DNA of 59,865 nucleotides, filler included, from Sphacelaria rigidula (taxonomy: Eukaryota): assembly GCA_964200075.2 (NCBI GenBank). It is 6 parts of 6 records of this genome, joined end to end, with 100 filler letters (N's around TTAATTAATTAA, not from the genome) between each part and the next. Parts side by side here need not be neighbours in the genome. Positions count along the whole stretch, not along the records: positions 29,985 to 39,878 come from CAXNAA020007538.1; positions 39,979 to 49,872 come from CAXNAA020007539.1; 4 more parts are not named here. One strand, written 5' to 3'. A program made the translations under genes and the position numbers. Below the pieces are notes generated by a model. It worked only from the letters and a program-made list of their open reading frames with translations, did not search any database and was not told the origin of the DNA. Positions 37,687-49,972 of this stretch are shown here, in pieces. Numbering within the stretch: position 1 is the stretch's first letter; the number at the start of each line of letters is the position of its first letter.

Positions 37687-39878
37687 AACACAAACGCATA
37701 CTCCGTACCTTTCAAGAGTAAGGAAGTCATTCATAGGCGGTACTGTGCAGCACATATCAGCAGTACAGTACGTCTTGTAAATATGTAAGTAGATGCCATT
37801 TGCCGAGTGCCGCATTCATTTTTCACCAGGATTTGCCAACAGAGGGTTTGCGTGAGGTTCTGGCACGGCAGCAGAAGGCTGTGGCTCAGTGTAGTTCAAG
37901 CATTTACTGGTGGCATACACAGATTGGTGTATCCGGTGTCCTTCCAATCGTTCTGTGTGGGGAGTCATGGTATAGCGAATGGTCTGTGCCAATTGACACG
38001 CTGGTGGGGTGCTGCTGGTCGGAAAGAATTGCATATCTTGCCGACAACCTCTGAAACAAGGCACTCGTGACGGATTGCTGGGAACAACGAAAAGGTGCAC
38101 CTATCCACCGTTCACCTGCAGCTAAAATGACCTTGGTTCCTCGAGGACTATTTTTTATCAAGTTTCAAAAACAAAGATCGAAATGAAAAAACAGCGATGA
38201 GAACAACGTGTTCTCACCAAAGACCGGCGATCATGGTAATTGTGCTTCATGTTGTGGTAGTCGAGCCTTAGTCGGTAGATATTGTGTGGAGCACTCGGGA
38301 TACTTGGGCAAGCGAGAGATGCCCTTGTTGACAACAGGTCAGCCAGCGAGCTGTATGATTCTGGCGAAAAAGCCTTCGTGAAAATTCGTTCCGTAATAAA
38401 AGGCCGAAGGGCTCGGGGAAGACCACGAACATGCTCTTTAACCCAAAATTTACCTTGTTTCGTGAGTGCGCGCGCATGTGTACAAAATTGAGATTGGCAT
38501 ATCAACGCTGATCCCTACGAAACGGAGAGAGCTAAACAACGGCTGCAAACCGCTCAAGTGTATCATATTCAGCCTGTTCCGTGTTTCGGCATGGAGTAGT
38601 TTGCCAGTTCGGACCAGGGTGCTGTGTTCGTTTTGACCTCAGCAGCAGGTGGGGTATGTTCGAAGCTCAAGACCCTCCTTTTGGTGTTGAACAGTACTTG
38701 ACGAGGGTGATGTTTATTGGCGGACCCAGCGTGTAGGTGAAGTTCAGCGGGAGTAAAAATACAACTCAAGAGTGGTCTGTGTCCTCTGTCCTTGAAGTCT
38801 CGTAGTGTTTTCTGTTCCGGTTAAACGCAAGTATATCGACAACCCAAAAGACGTCGAAGTGCTCGTGGTCGAAAGAATGGTCAAAATGCTTTTTTTACCG
38901 CAGTCGAGAACATGTCTCACTTCCCATCCTCCTGACATGCTCGTGTTCTCGACGCGTTCCCCATCTACTCTCGAACCCATTCCGCGGCAACTCACGCTCC
39001 CGTACGACGTGAATATCCCAGGCCTGTGTGGGGCTCTTGATGTCGCTAATTACGTGCGCTGCAGTATTTAATCAACACCCCCCCAGAGACCACAACGTGG
39101 ATTGGTCGGGAGACGGCCGGGGAGAGCAAGGTGCATCTCTGGGGTCGGCTGGAAATGTGAATGCCTTCTATTCTGCTCTGCTCATGTTGTCCACCGTGGG
39201 GTGAGTTTCCGCCATGTTTTTGCCGAGGAAAACCATACTAGTCTGAAAGCGCGTGGTGCAGAGTTGGAGCCCCGAGCAGTCGGAAAAGTGTAGGAGACAA
39301 CGATGCCATGTGTACACTAAATGACACGCTCCCTCCTCGCGAAATAAATCATCGTCAACTTGTGATCGGGGACTGCGTGCCGCGAAGGTCACTTGAAGTT
39401 GCCTCAGTCGTGGCGTGGCGTTCGTCGTTGTGTTGATTCACCGTTTGTATCTTGATCGGTTTCCGAAAGTCTTCACGCCGTAGAAATCATGTCTCTGGAT
39501 GAGCACCGTGGAGCATACGCGATCAGCCATTTTGAGAAGTGATCGACCAGCAATTCGCACCCAACGTTTTCATGTGCTGGTCGCGCCGCGAGGGCTACTG
39601 GCTCTCTCTCGTCCAAGCGGCAAACCTCTTGAATACAGGATACTTGTGCTAGGGTATAACACCCCTACCGGAAGACATGAAGCTAGAGCGAACTCCTCGA
39701 ATCAGTACAGTAGGCACCCTTTCGAAAACGAACCAAGGGTGCAAAACATATCGCGACTGATATGCTCCCAAGCCTCGTGTTGCTCTTTCTACCAATAACC
39801 AGAGGGAGGGGGGGTGTACTCATGATCATGCATGCCATAGTCATACGACCATTGACCTCGCATCCCTACAAAGCCGGG

Positions 39879-39978
39879 NNNNNNNNNNNNNNNNNNNNNN
39901 NNNNNNNNNNNNNNNNNNNNNNTTAATTAATTAANNNNNNNNNNNNNNNNNNNNNNNNNNNNNNNNNNNNNNNNNNNN
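39879..39978. other. Artificial contig-joining spacer
   Basis: Same 100-bp spacer. Confidence 0.97.
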
Positions 39979-41731
39979 GGAAGGGCAGGTGGGGCGTTGG
40001 GGGGTGGGGAGAGATGCGACGTTGGTGCGAGGTGGGGGGGGGGGGTGAGAGAAGACAACCCAATACTGTACTGTACTGCGCTGTTCTCCATTGTACCGTA
40101 CTGTGTTGTGCGGTGTACTTCGCGACTTTGTCTATCTATACAGACAAAAGTCACCTCCAGGCTATGAGTCATTTGTTTTGCATTGGCGTAATATTTCAAG
40201 ATTGAAAGCAAGACAGAGGGCCCACGGTGGCGGTCCAAGATATTAATTTTGTAATTTACTGGCAGCAGGAAGAGGTGGCGCTCTCGAAGGTGTTTGTGTG
40301 ATCTGATCCTTGGTGGTACCCGTAGACAAACGGAACGAGCGCAGCGGAGGTGAGAGAGAAGACAAAACTGTACTGTACCATACAGCATTGTGCTGCAGTA
40401 TACTGCGCATTTTCAATCGGCCTTGTCTCGACCTATGCAGTCACCCCCAGGGTGGGTAATCTACGTCGCATTGGCACAGGTTGACCGTGAAAATGAAGGA
40501 CGAACAAAAAGTTCGGGTCATACAATGCGGCAGGGAGGCGTGCGTGTCACGACTGCAGAAGGCCTCTGCGCTTTTTTCCCGACCGATCGGGAAAATCCCT
40601 CGCATCTCATTGGCTTGCGCGATTTTTCCATCAGGAAGATCCGGAACATTTTTTAGAACATTTCCTACATATTCGGGGGCGGAATAGCATAGATATCTAT
40701 GTATCAGTACACTTGGACTGTTCAGCTGGATGCTGTGGATCCGTCACGCTGTGGACTGTCTTTGTATTGTACCGGTCATTAACTCAGAAGAAAGAAATGC
40801 TCCCTTGTACGGTACTACCGTATGGTGAGAAACCACGCTTGTCGTGGGTGCTTAGTTCAACAGTCGCGGATGGTTGGAACGAGTCGATCATGCGATTGAT
40901 TGAAAATCCGTGATACGTATAGTATGATCACTTCGTACATTTTCCCCACCGTCGATTCTTGCGGCATGGGTCTCTCCAACATTCTTGTCACTCGTGATTG
41001 TTGTGATTATTGCGAAATGACTATTTCCAACATTTTCCCCCATCCTTGACTCGTATGATACAACCCTTCCCAACATAATACTCTCACAGGATAAGACTCG
41101 CGTACGAGGCTAGTGCGAGGGGCCAGAGCTTAGATCACCACCTCACCCTTGATCCACATGGCATCACTCTTTCCGACCTGTCCCCCAATGGTTGTTCATA
41201 TCGTACGACTCTTTCCAGCAGTTTTCCTGCTTGAGGTTCGCGCGGCATAGTTTGGACGTACGGTACCTCCGCGCTTGATCCGGAAAGGATGAAGCAAATC
41301 TTCATGTTCCTCAACCATGATTCGTTCGGAAAGAATCGTATGCGTCATGCTTGGATCTTTATTGTCGTCAATGGTACAGGGGCAGTAGTCTGTTGACCCA
41401 CCACCGTCCAGACTCGGATGTGGCTCCCGGCCTGACGCGAGCGCAACAGCGTCTTGTTTTGACAAAGGTCGCGGTGGTCCTGAGGGAATATCAGCAAGAA
41501 GCAACACAATCAACGTATGCAAACACTTCCCGGTTGGGCAGTGTAGTACGGGGAGCAAATTTCAAATCCAAGAAAATCAACCACCTGCCGGCGTTTTGTT
41601 TCACGAAGTACTATATGTACAGCAAACAGGGAAAACGGTGGTCTCATTGGCTATCGCCCCATGTGCTGGCCGCAAAGGCGAAAATGACTGCGTGGGCAGA
41701 CAAAGCACGCTTCTTCTCTTCGGGCATGTAT

Positions 41732-42051
41732 TGCCGCGACGCCCCGGCGGTGTAATGGTACGCTTGTCGCCGGTAGAGTGGAGGGAACGAGGGTTCGATT
41801 CCCGATGCGTTGTATTTTGTATTGGTGATGTCTTATTTCCACCGTGGGAAGCATGAGAACGGGAGTAAACAAAGTAGTCGACTGAGTTTGTTTGGCGTGA
41901 GTTGACGCGGGAGTGTTGACTCAACCAGGGAGACCAAAATGCAAGGCGTGTACCGGGGAAGAGATGGGTTGATCCCTTGAGACCATGGACTCATCCCGAG
42001 AAAGGGAGGGGTTCAAAGTGCGACAAATAGACAAATAAGAAATAAAATAAA
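41732..42051 (+). mobile_element. tRNA-derived SINE family A, copy 2
   Basis: Same head and body, A-rich tail; a 3' fragment also lies at ~28285-28330. Confidence 0.8.
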
Positions 42052-44117
42052 TTCCAGTAACGGTTCCGTTACTTGATCCTCTTGAAGTTGCATACGGCGT
42101 AGTCCGCCGATCGCACCGCCAGCGGAAGAGACGAATTTTTGGGTCTATGTAGGGTGGTCACCACTGGTAACTTTTGTAAACGTAGGTGGCTAGTTGTCTC
42201 TAGCAACCCTTACGAACGTAGATGGCCGTCACGCCGCTTACTGCACGAGACTGATCGGAACATGGGGGTATACTGCATGATGTCATCGCTGCCAGCACGT
42301 GTTTGCGTTCTTGGCGAGCTCATTCTCCACTCGGTATGACTGTTGATTCGGTAGTGCATGGTGTTGTGTGTCGGGTAGCCTGCCTTCTGGGGGACTCAAG
42401 TTAGGGTCGGTGATTAGACAAATCCCCCTTGTATCCACATTCAATGATTCGACCTCAATGCAGACGAGCTAGTAACCACTGTACCCTCCTGAACGTCAGA
42501 TACTATGCAGTTGCATTACCTGGGTCGCACGCTTTCATTGGTTTATCCGTTGACGTTCCTTGTCGTCGTTCAAGTTTGACCGGTATGCAGTCCGGTCATG
42601 CAATTTGATGTGGTTCAGTCTACACGAGATACTAATGGATGGAGGGGGCCTCAAACATTGCCAAAAAGGTGCTATTTCCTTTGCGTAAAACTGCTTGCGC
42701 ATTCGTTGCTGGAAGGCCAACGTCATTTTTGTGTAGAGACCCGCACTATCCACTACGTAGTCTTCTCCCCGCATGATGTTGTTTCCTTTCGTATTTTCTC
42801 GGCTCATTCCTGAGACCTCCGTGTCCTATTTCAACGGTATATTTCAGGCTTAGCGTCACTGAAGCTTACCTGTAATAGGGCAAGCGCAGATTGCTTTCAT
42901 TGTCATCCGTCACTCCTCTGGGCAAAACCGCTTTCTCATCACGCTACCGCCAGGACATATCCATGACCAGCGGCGCAGGCACGATGAGATATCTGTTTTT
43001 CCTTCTGTATCCACGCATCACAAATCCGACACTCGAGCAATCCCCTTCCGAAATGCACTATAAACTGCGCTTGTCAACTGCACCAAGAAAAGGAATTTGT
43101 GGTGCAGCTATCCAAGTTTCTGTTGAATTTCACAGCTAGTCAAGGACCTGTTGATCCATAAGCAGCCGCAAGTTCACTGTGCCCATGACCAGCCGAGAGC
43201 ACCGAAGGAAAAATCAGCGAAAATGGAGCTTGAACAAAAAATGAGGATAAACCCCGAAACAGCGCTTTGCCCGATGGATGAAAGCTTTGGCCCATCATTT
43301 CTCGTCAACCTTACGCTCCTCGACCGCGTGGATGCTTTCTCAGCGGGTTTCACCAACTCTGTACGCCCACAACGCTGAGCGAGGATATCATTATGCTCGT
43401 TAATCCACTATCCCCAAATGTATCCCTTTTTACACTCTTCAGCCCGAGGACAGCGTAGTAGCACCACCTTCCAGGAAAGGTACGTTGCCGCCAACCTCCC
43501 GCGTTAAAACGTGCTGCATGTTTTTGGCACAGGTGGCGGCCGGGGCAACTGGCACGGGTACAGCTCCCCAATATCACGCCACCCTATGTAGTCCCTGCCA
43601 AGTGACGCCTTTGGAGTGCAGTATGACTCACAATGCCCCTGCCAGTCCATAATATCATCGCCCGCAGTACCGACCAGCCCCTACGTACCCGCACCGGGTT
43701 CATTGATCGTCTTACGCAAACGAAGTAGCATTTTCCAGAAGCGCATGGCAGCACGCTATGACGGGATGAATCGGCGTATGCCATCCACCTCTTGATAATC
43801 ACCCACCTGTTTTGTGCTGACGACGCCCACCGTTTTATTACTGAGGGATTGCGCACATGGGACTGATGGGACCAACTTACTTCCTTTGTCTCATGGGTTA
43901 GGACCGACTTTGTCACGGTCGCCCTCAATCGTGTCCGACGATTTTGTCATTTATTTTGTCAAATATTTGGCGGTTTTTATATGAATCCTATTTTGTTTTC
44001 TGTTCGCGCATCACTCGAGGTGGCCGAACGGTCACAAAAAAATCAGTCGGCCTAGAAGTGGCCCATTTTCGCTCCTTTTCCGGGGACAAGAACGTGTCGA
44101 AATAAAAAATAAAAACA

Positions 44118-44692
44118 CTCCGCAGCGCCGCGGCTTTCGTCGGAGTAAGATGCGAAGAGCGTCCACTCCTTGGGGTGATCGAAAGATCAAGCTCCCCAAA
44201 GGCTTCTATCTGCTCTCCGCACTTTTTCAACAGCCGTGTAGAAAACTGTTCGCCTACGCCGTACTTTTCGGCGAGAGGACCAAAAAAGCCCGCGGGCGCC
44301 CTCGACGTGCCTGGCGGAATGCCCGCGGCGATCTCGAACGCCATGGCATAACCTAGGCCCAAGGATAGTTCTCTACCGCTTTTACGAGGTGGAGGGGTAC
44401 TCACGGGCGAGTCCATGGTGTAGCGTGCAGGTGGATGGGTGTAAATGGTGTTTTTGCGGACTATTCTCGAAGAATTCTCAAAACATTTCTCAAATATTCT
44501 CAAAATAATTCCCGAAAATCGCCATTTTCGGGAACTTTCGACCCAAAATATAAGATACAAATAATCTTTTTTTTTTCACCAGCTAGCTGTGGGGAATATC
44601 TTTCTTATGATACCAACTACAACATCGTGAGCAACTCTGTTCGAGAGATACGACCTGTGCCCCAACTCGGTCCTGACTTATGAGACAGGAAG
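44118..44692 (-). mobile_element. 5' fragment of a Tc1/mariner-type transposon
   Basis: Minus-strand end TA|CTTCCTGTCTCATAAGT; ORF from ATG at 44416 with HTH-like LAEKYGVG and RSGR..LTP (GRP-like) motifs; truncated before any DDD domain. Confidence 0.65.
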
Positions 44693-46269
44693 TATATCAT
44701 GTGTGAGACGAGGAGCACCCAGTGCAGGGGTCACTCGAGAATTTCAGAAAATACTTTCTCGCATCATGAAGTCAGAGTGAAATAACTCCAGATTGGAAGC
44801 TCTTGGAAGCTCAGAGTGGACGCTGATAAGTTCACAGCGGAAGCTGATGTGACGTGTCTCGACTTTGATTTTTTTGTCACGGTGATTGGGCGCAGGTTGC
44901 GCCGCCAAGTGTGCAATCAACCAGCGTCCAGTTCGAAATTACATAGGTCAGCACAGCGTTGACTGTACCAGAAGAGTGACGAGTCTGTGTTGTACCGTAC
45001 CCTGCGGCACCGTACTGCGGCGTACACTACGCTTCACTGCACAGCACTACTTCACTGCACTACGGTGCACTACAGGGCACTGCGGTGCTGTAGTGCTGTG
45101 CAGTGTAAAGTACGACAGTGCAGTACAGACAGGGCGATGCAGAACCCTACAACAGTACATTGCGGTACGATGCACAACAGCGATACCGTAGAGTCAGTTG
45201 TACAGCTGTACAGTACAGCACGCAGCACTTCCAAACAACAGACAAAGTCGTATTGCAATGATTTTCCAGCATGCCACCAATAATGGTGGTGCAAGACTTC
45301 ACGACCTGTAAGGGAATGGCAATGTAGCCAGGTGTAGTACTGTCTGTGCGCTGTAGCTTACAAATCTTTCACAGTCTTCTTCTATCTGAGGCTGACAAGA
45401 GTGAGGAACTGCACCCTAAGCACGTCGTGTACCCGTCAAGCATTGATGTTTGACGCAACACGACTAAGCGAATGCTAGTGTCTTGATGGCGTCAGAGGGC
45501 TCCTCTGATAGCGATGCCAAGCGTTGCTACTTCGTGAATAGTCCACTGTGATAAGCATGACAGTTATGATGGATGTCCCACTTTGCTTGTTGGAGTGTAT
45601 TGATTATGGACTTGCTATGACCGTTGTGGTGAAGTTGCAGGCACATCGATTTTCAGAGTGAAGAGGTCCAAACGAAACTCTCACTTTAAAAAATACGCTT
45701 CGAAATACTTTTCACAGTGGAACTTGCACCATTACTGTCTATTTTTCCTTCCAATTTGACTATAAGATGCGAAAAAAGATTTTCCGAAACTTTTCATTGT
45801 CATTGTATATAGAGCCAATCGTATGAGCACAGACACATATATGTGTGACCTGAGCACGACAGTTGTGAGGACCTTCGGAGTTAAGCACTGCCCCCGTTGT
45901 ACACTCACCCCGCTGTCATGCAGTGAAGGTAGCAGCTCTCGACTTCTCACAAAAAATGACGCTGCCTCTTGGACCGCGTTTGGGTTGTAGGAACACCACA
46001 GTTCACGAATCTGTATGTGACCAAGAAACTGTGATAGCGGTCCATCCACTCTTCCATTTGACATGACTTTTCGTTTCGCTTGCTTGTCAATTATTCCAGG
46101 CTATTGCTGTACCGGTCAGCTGATACATGCGCTCAGGCCTGTGGTGGTGTAACTTGTACCAGCAGCAGGTCTCCCACGCCCTATGTTGTGCTCGTAGTAC
46201 AGCCGTGGAGGGATGCCTCCTCTGTGTGCCCGCAGGCATTTTCCGACGAGGGCAAATCGTGGCTGGTAG

Positions 46270-48594
46270 TTGAAAAGCGGAGTTTTTCGCCACACACGCT
46301 CGGGCTCGCATGGTCGATGTGAAAAACAGAAGTGCCGTGAGGTTGGCTGCTACACAAGGCCGTCATTCGGTGTAGCGGGTAGCGCGAAGGTCGAGTTCTG
46401 TGCCACGCACGCTCGGCCTGGCATGGTGAGTGTAAGAAACAAGAGGTGCGGCGAGGAGGGCTGCTCTACATGGCCATCGTTTGGTGTAGCGCGTGGCGGG
46501 AAGGCGGAGTTCTGCGCCACGCACGCTCGGGCTGGCATGGTCAGTGTAAAAAACAAGAGATGCGGCGAGGTTGGCTGCACCACGAGGGCGTCATTTGGTT
46601 TGGCGGACAATGGGAAGGCGGAGTTCTGCGTCAAACATGTTCGGGCTGGCATGGTCGATGTGAAAAACAAGAGGTGCAGCGCGGTTGGCTGCTTCACAGG
46701 CCGGTCATTTGGTGTAGCAGGTAGCGGGAAGGCGGAGTACTGCGCCACGCACGCTCGAGCTGGCATGGTCGATGTGAGAAACAAGAGGTGCGGCGAGGTT
46801 GGCTGCTTCACGAGGCCGTCATTTGGTGTGGTGGGCAGCGGGGAGGCGGAGTTCTGCGCCACACACGCTCAGGCTGGCATGGTCGATGTGAAAAGCAAGA
46901 GGTGCGGCGAGGTTGGCTGCTCTACATGGCCGTCATTTGGTGTAGAGGGTAGCGGGAAGGCGGAGTTCTGCGCCACACACGCTCGGGCCGGCATGGTTGA
47001 TCTGAAAAGCAAAAGATGTGGCGAGATTGGCTGCTCCACAAGACCGTCGTTTGGTGTGGCGGGTAGCGGGAAGGTCGACTTCTGCGCCACACACGCTCGA
47101 GCAGGAATGGTCGATGTGAAAAGCAAGAGGTGCGGCGAGATCGGCTGCTCCACATGGCCGTCATTTGGTGTGGCGGGTAGCAAGATGGCGGAGTTCTGCG
47201 CCACGCACGCTCGGGCTGGCATGGTTAAGCTGAAAAGCATGAGATGCGGCGAGGTTGGCTGCTCTACACGGCCGTCATATGGTGTGGCGGGTAGCGGGGA
47301 GGCGGAGTTCTGCGCCACACACGCTCGGGCTGGCATGGTCGATGTGAAAAGCATGAGATGCGGCGAGGTTGGCTGCTCTACATGGCCGTCATATGGTGTG
47401 GCGGGTAGCAAGAAGGCGGAGTTCTGCGCCACACACGCTCGGGCTGGCATGGTTACTGTGAAAAGCAAGAGATGCGGCGAGGTTGGCTGCTCCACAAGGC
47501 CGTCATATGGTGTGGCGGGTAGCGGGAAGGTAGAGTTCTGCGCCACACACGCTCGGGCTGGCATGGTCGATGTGAAAAGCATGAGATGCGGCGAGGTTGG
47601 CTGCTCTACAAGGCCGTCATATGGTGTGGCGGGTAGCGGGAAGGTGGAGTTCTGCGCCACACACGCTCGGGCTGGCATGGTCAGTGTGAGGAACAAGAGA
47701 TGCGGCGAGGTTGGCTACTCTACATGGCCGTCATATGGTGTGGCGGGTAGCGGGAAGGCGAGGTTCTGCGACACACACGCTCGCGCTGGCATAGTCGATG
47801 TGAAAACCAAGAGAAGCGGCGAGGTCGGCTGCTTCACCTTGCCGTCATTCGGTGTAGCGGGTAGTGGGAAGGCGGAGTTGTGCGCCACGAACGTTCTAGC
47901 AGGCATGATCGATGTGAAAAGCAAGAGGCGCGGTGAGGTTGGCTGCTTCACGAGGCCGTCGTTTGGTGCGGCGGGTAGCGGGGAGGCGGAGTTCTGCGCC
48001 ACACACGCTCGGGCTCGCGTGGTCAGGGCAAGAGCAACCACGCGCGGCAAGGAAGGTAGTAATAAGGCCAGCCATTCGTCGGGTGCCGGTCGCAACGCGA
48101 GCGACGGTGGTCGCAGCGTTGAGATGCATCGTAGCTCGCGCACCAGTCGTGGTAGGCGAGGCGGTATAGACTCAACGATCTCGCCGCCGGCCGCCACGAG
48201 ACAGCCCGTCAGCGCTGCGGCAGCGGACGGGGCTTCACCGAATAGGGCAGTGAGGTGCATGGAAATGAAAATGGAGATGACTCTCCACGTCACGCGTGTT
48301 CCTGAAGCGATAGCGAGCAATGAATTGGCTTCGGCACAATCGACCGTCCATTGCAGCGTGTCTGACGGCAATTCTAGCAGCATCAAGGACGCGAGCTGCG
48401 GTAGCGGCATCGCCAGTGGAAGGAGAAGCGCCAAGCGGCTACGTAGAGTAGCGCCGGTGAACGTGGCATTTCGTGTGGCAACGGCGGCTAATGTGATGTC
48501 TGTGCAAGAGGGCGACGATGTGAAGTCGGAGTTGGGGGTGTCTGCGCCTGATGGTCACGTGTCCGCGGTGATATCCATCGAGCGAAAGAAGTAG
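46270..48594 (+). CDS. EsV-1-7 family cysteine-rich repeat protein; 15 x 38-aa repeats plus a low-complexity tail (first in-frame ATG at 46423)
   Basis: Repeat C-X4-C-X16-C-X2-H-X12 (CGEVGCSTRPSFGVAGSGKAEFCATHARAGMVDVKSKR) on 114-nt tandem units, uninterrupted 774-codon ORF. Confidence 0.92.
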   Translation: MKSGVFRHTRSGSHGRCEKQKCREVGCYTRPSFGVAGSAKVEFCATHARPGMVSVRNKRCGEEGCSTWPSFGVARGGKAEFCATHARAGMVSVKNKRCGEVGCTTRASFGLADNGKAEFCVKHVRAGMVDVKNKRCSAVGCFTGRSFGVAGSGKAEYCATHARAGMVDVRNKRCGEVGCFTRPSFGVVGSGEAEFCATHAQAGMVDVKSKRCGEVGCSTWPSFGVEGSGKAEFCATHARAGMVDLKSKRCGEIGCSTRPSFGVAGSGKVDFCATHARAGMVDVKSKRCGEIGCSTWPSFGVAGSKMAEFCATHARAGMVKLKSMRCGEVGCSTRPSYGVAGSGEAEFCATHARAGMVDVKSMRCGEVGCSTWPSYGVAGSKKAEFCATHARAGMVTVKSKRCGEVGCSTRPSYGVAGSGKVEFCATHARAGMVDVKSMRCGEVGCSTRPSYGVAGSGKVEFCATHARAGMVSVRNKRCGEVGYSTWPSYGVAGSGKARFCDTHARAGIVDVKTKRSGEVGCFTLPSFGVAGSGKAELCATNVLAGMIDVKSKRRGEVGCFTRPSFGAAGSGEAEFCATHARARVVRARATTRGKEGSNKASHSSGAGRNASDGGRSVEMHRSSRTSRGRRGGIDSTISPPAATRQPVSAAAADGASPNRAVRCMEMKMEMTLHVTRVPEAIASNELASAQSTVHCSVSDGNSSSIKDASCGSGIASGRRSAKRLRRVAPVNVAFRVATAANVMSVQEGDDVKSELGVSAPDGHVSAVISIERKK

Positions 48595-49872
48595 TTTGAT
48601 GAGTACATCTATGCATGTGCGTTTTGCCAGCTGACATTGGCTTGGTGCTGTTGGCGACATTTTGTCGGGTTTGTGCGGGTTCATGCTACTAAGATACATG
48701 TAATTTTGGGTTGCTCTGGGCTGTGTGGTGCTGCTCTGTTGGGTGACGGGTGGGGGAGACGGGGGCGCCGAATAATGGCAATCATCGCGCAATGACGCAT
48801 CATCGTGTAATGGGATAATTCCAATTTCACAAAGTGAAGTTGGTTTCTGCTGCGGGTAAAAATTCGACTTGAGGGTTTTTTACAACTCCGTTTTTTCGTC
48901 GGAATTTTTGTGTCTTGATTCTCGCGATCGGATTCTTGCGATAATTTTAATGCGTCGGGGTTCTTGCGACCGGATCCTTGCGATGGCTTTTTTGCTAGAT
49001 TTTTCCAGTCTAAAACCCTTATCGATTTCGGTTTTTGGGAATAACTTCGTCAAACGCACACCAAACGCATCCTGCTCCAAGGGGCAGCTGGACACACAGC
49101 AGTTGCCGCTGTCTACCCAGTATCATCCTCCAAACCGAAGTCTTGAGTGATAAGCCCAGCGTTTGGTGCCCATGTACAAGGAAGGGTGATCTTCATCTGG
49201 TATCGTGCTCCAAAACGTACCTGACAAGGGGGCAACACCCCGTACAGACAGTAGCAATGCTAGCGGATCCTACGTCCTGAGACTCTGTGACAGTCTGGCA
49301 GCCGGCAAGGTGGTTATGATGGTGTCCATCTAGCAATGTCAACTTACTGTGCACAGGAGCAGAGTTTACAGGTGGGTATTTCGGCGATTGCGCCTCACCT
49401 ACAGTTCGCCCAGATGTTGTAGATTTTTCCTCGATATCACTGAGTGACATTATTCCAATTTTCGATCAGGCCACTCCAGATTCGGCATTGGATTTCTGTG
49501 ACAGAAAACTGTCTCGTTTTTTTCAGTTTACTTTGAGAAAAACAAGCAGAACTTGTCGGAAACTGCCCAAAACGTGACCCAATTTTATGGAGTACAGGGT
49601 ACTACACTGACCACGACACAATTCCGCAGTGTGTTTTAGAACCTGAACACGGACAGTATACAGTATGCATAAGCTTCACTTGTTGCAAAATTAATAGTGT
49701 CCAGCTGCTGCTACTGTACTACTACGGAAGCACACGCCCTCGAGGTGCCACCCCACTTTTACCGTCATTGCGAACATATCAAGACAAGAACACTAACTAC
49801 AGAAGTCGTGGCCGCCACTTCTCTTGTTGCAAAATTTCCAGCTGCTGCTGCTGCTGTACTACTACGGAAGCA

Positions 49873-49972
49873 NNNNNNNNNNNNNNNNNNNNNNNNNNNN
49901 NNNNNNNNNNNNNNNNTTAATTAATTAANNNNNNNNNNNNNNNNNNNNNNNNNNNNNNNNNNNNNNNNNNNN
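49873..49972. other. Artificial contig-joining spacer
   Basis: Same 100-bp spacer. Confidence 0.97.

Noticed and set aside
44960-45230. CAGTA/TACTG-rich tract, also ~40066-40120
   Set aside because: Ordinary degenerate pentamer microsatellite
46350-48434. Long minus-strand ORFs of 170, 275 and 239 aa
   Set aside because: Antisense shadows of the EsV-1-7 repeat gene
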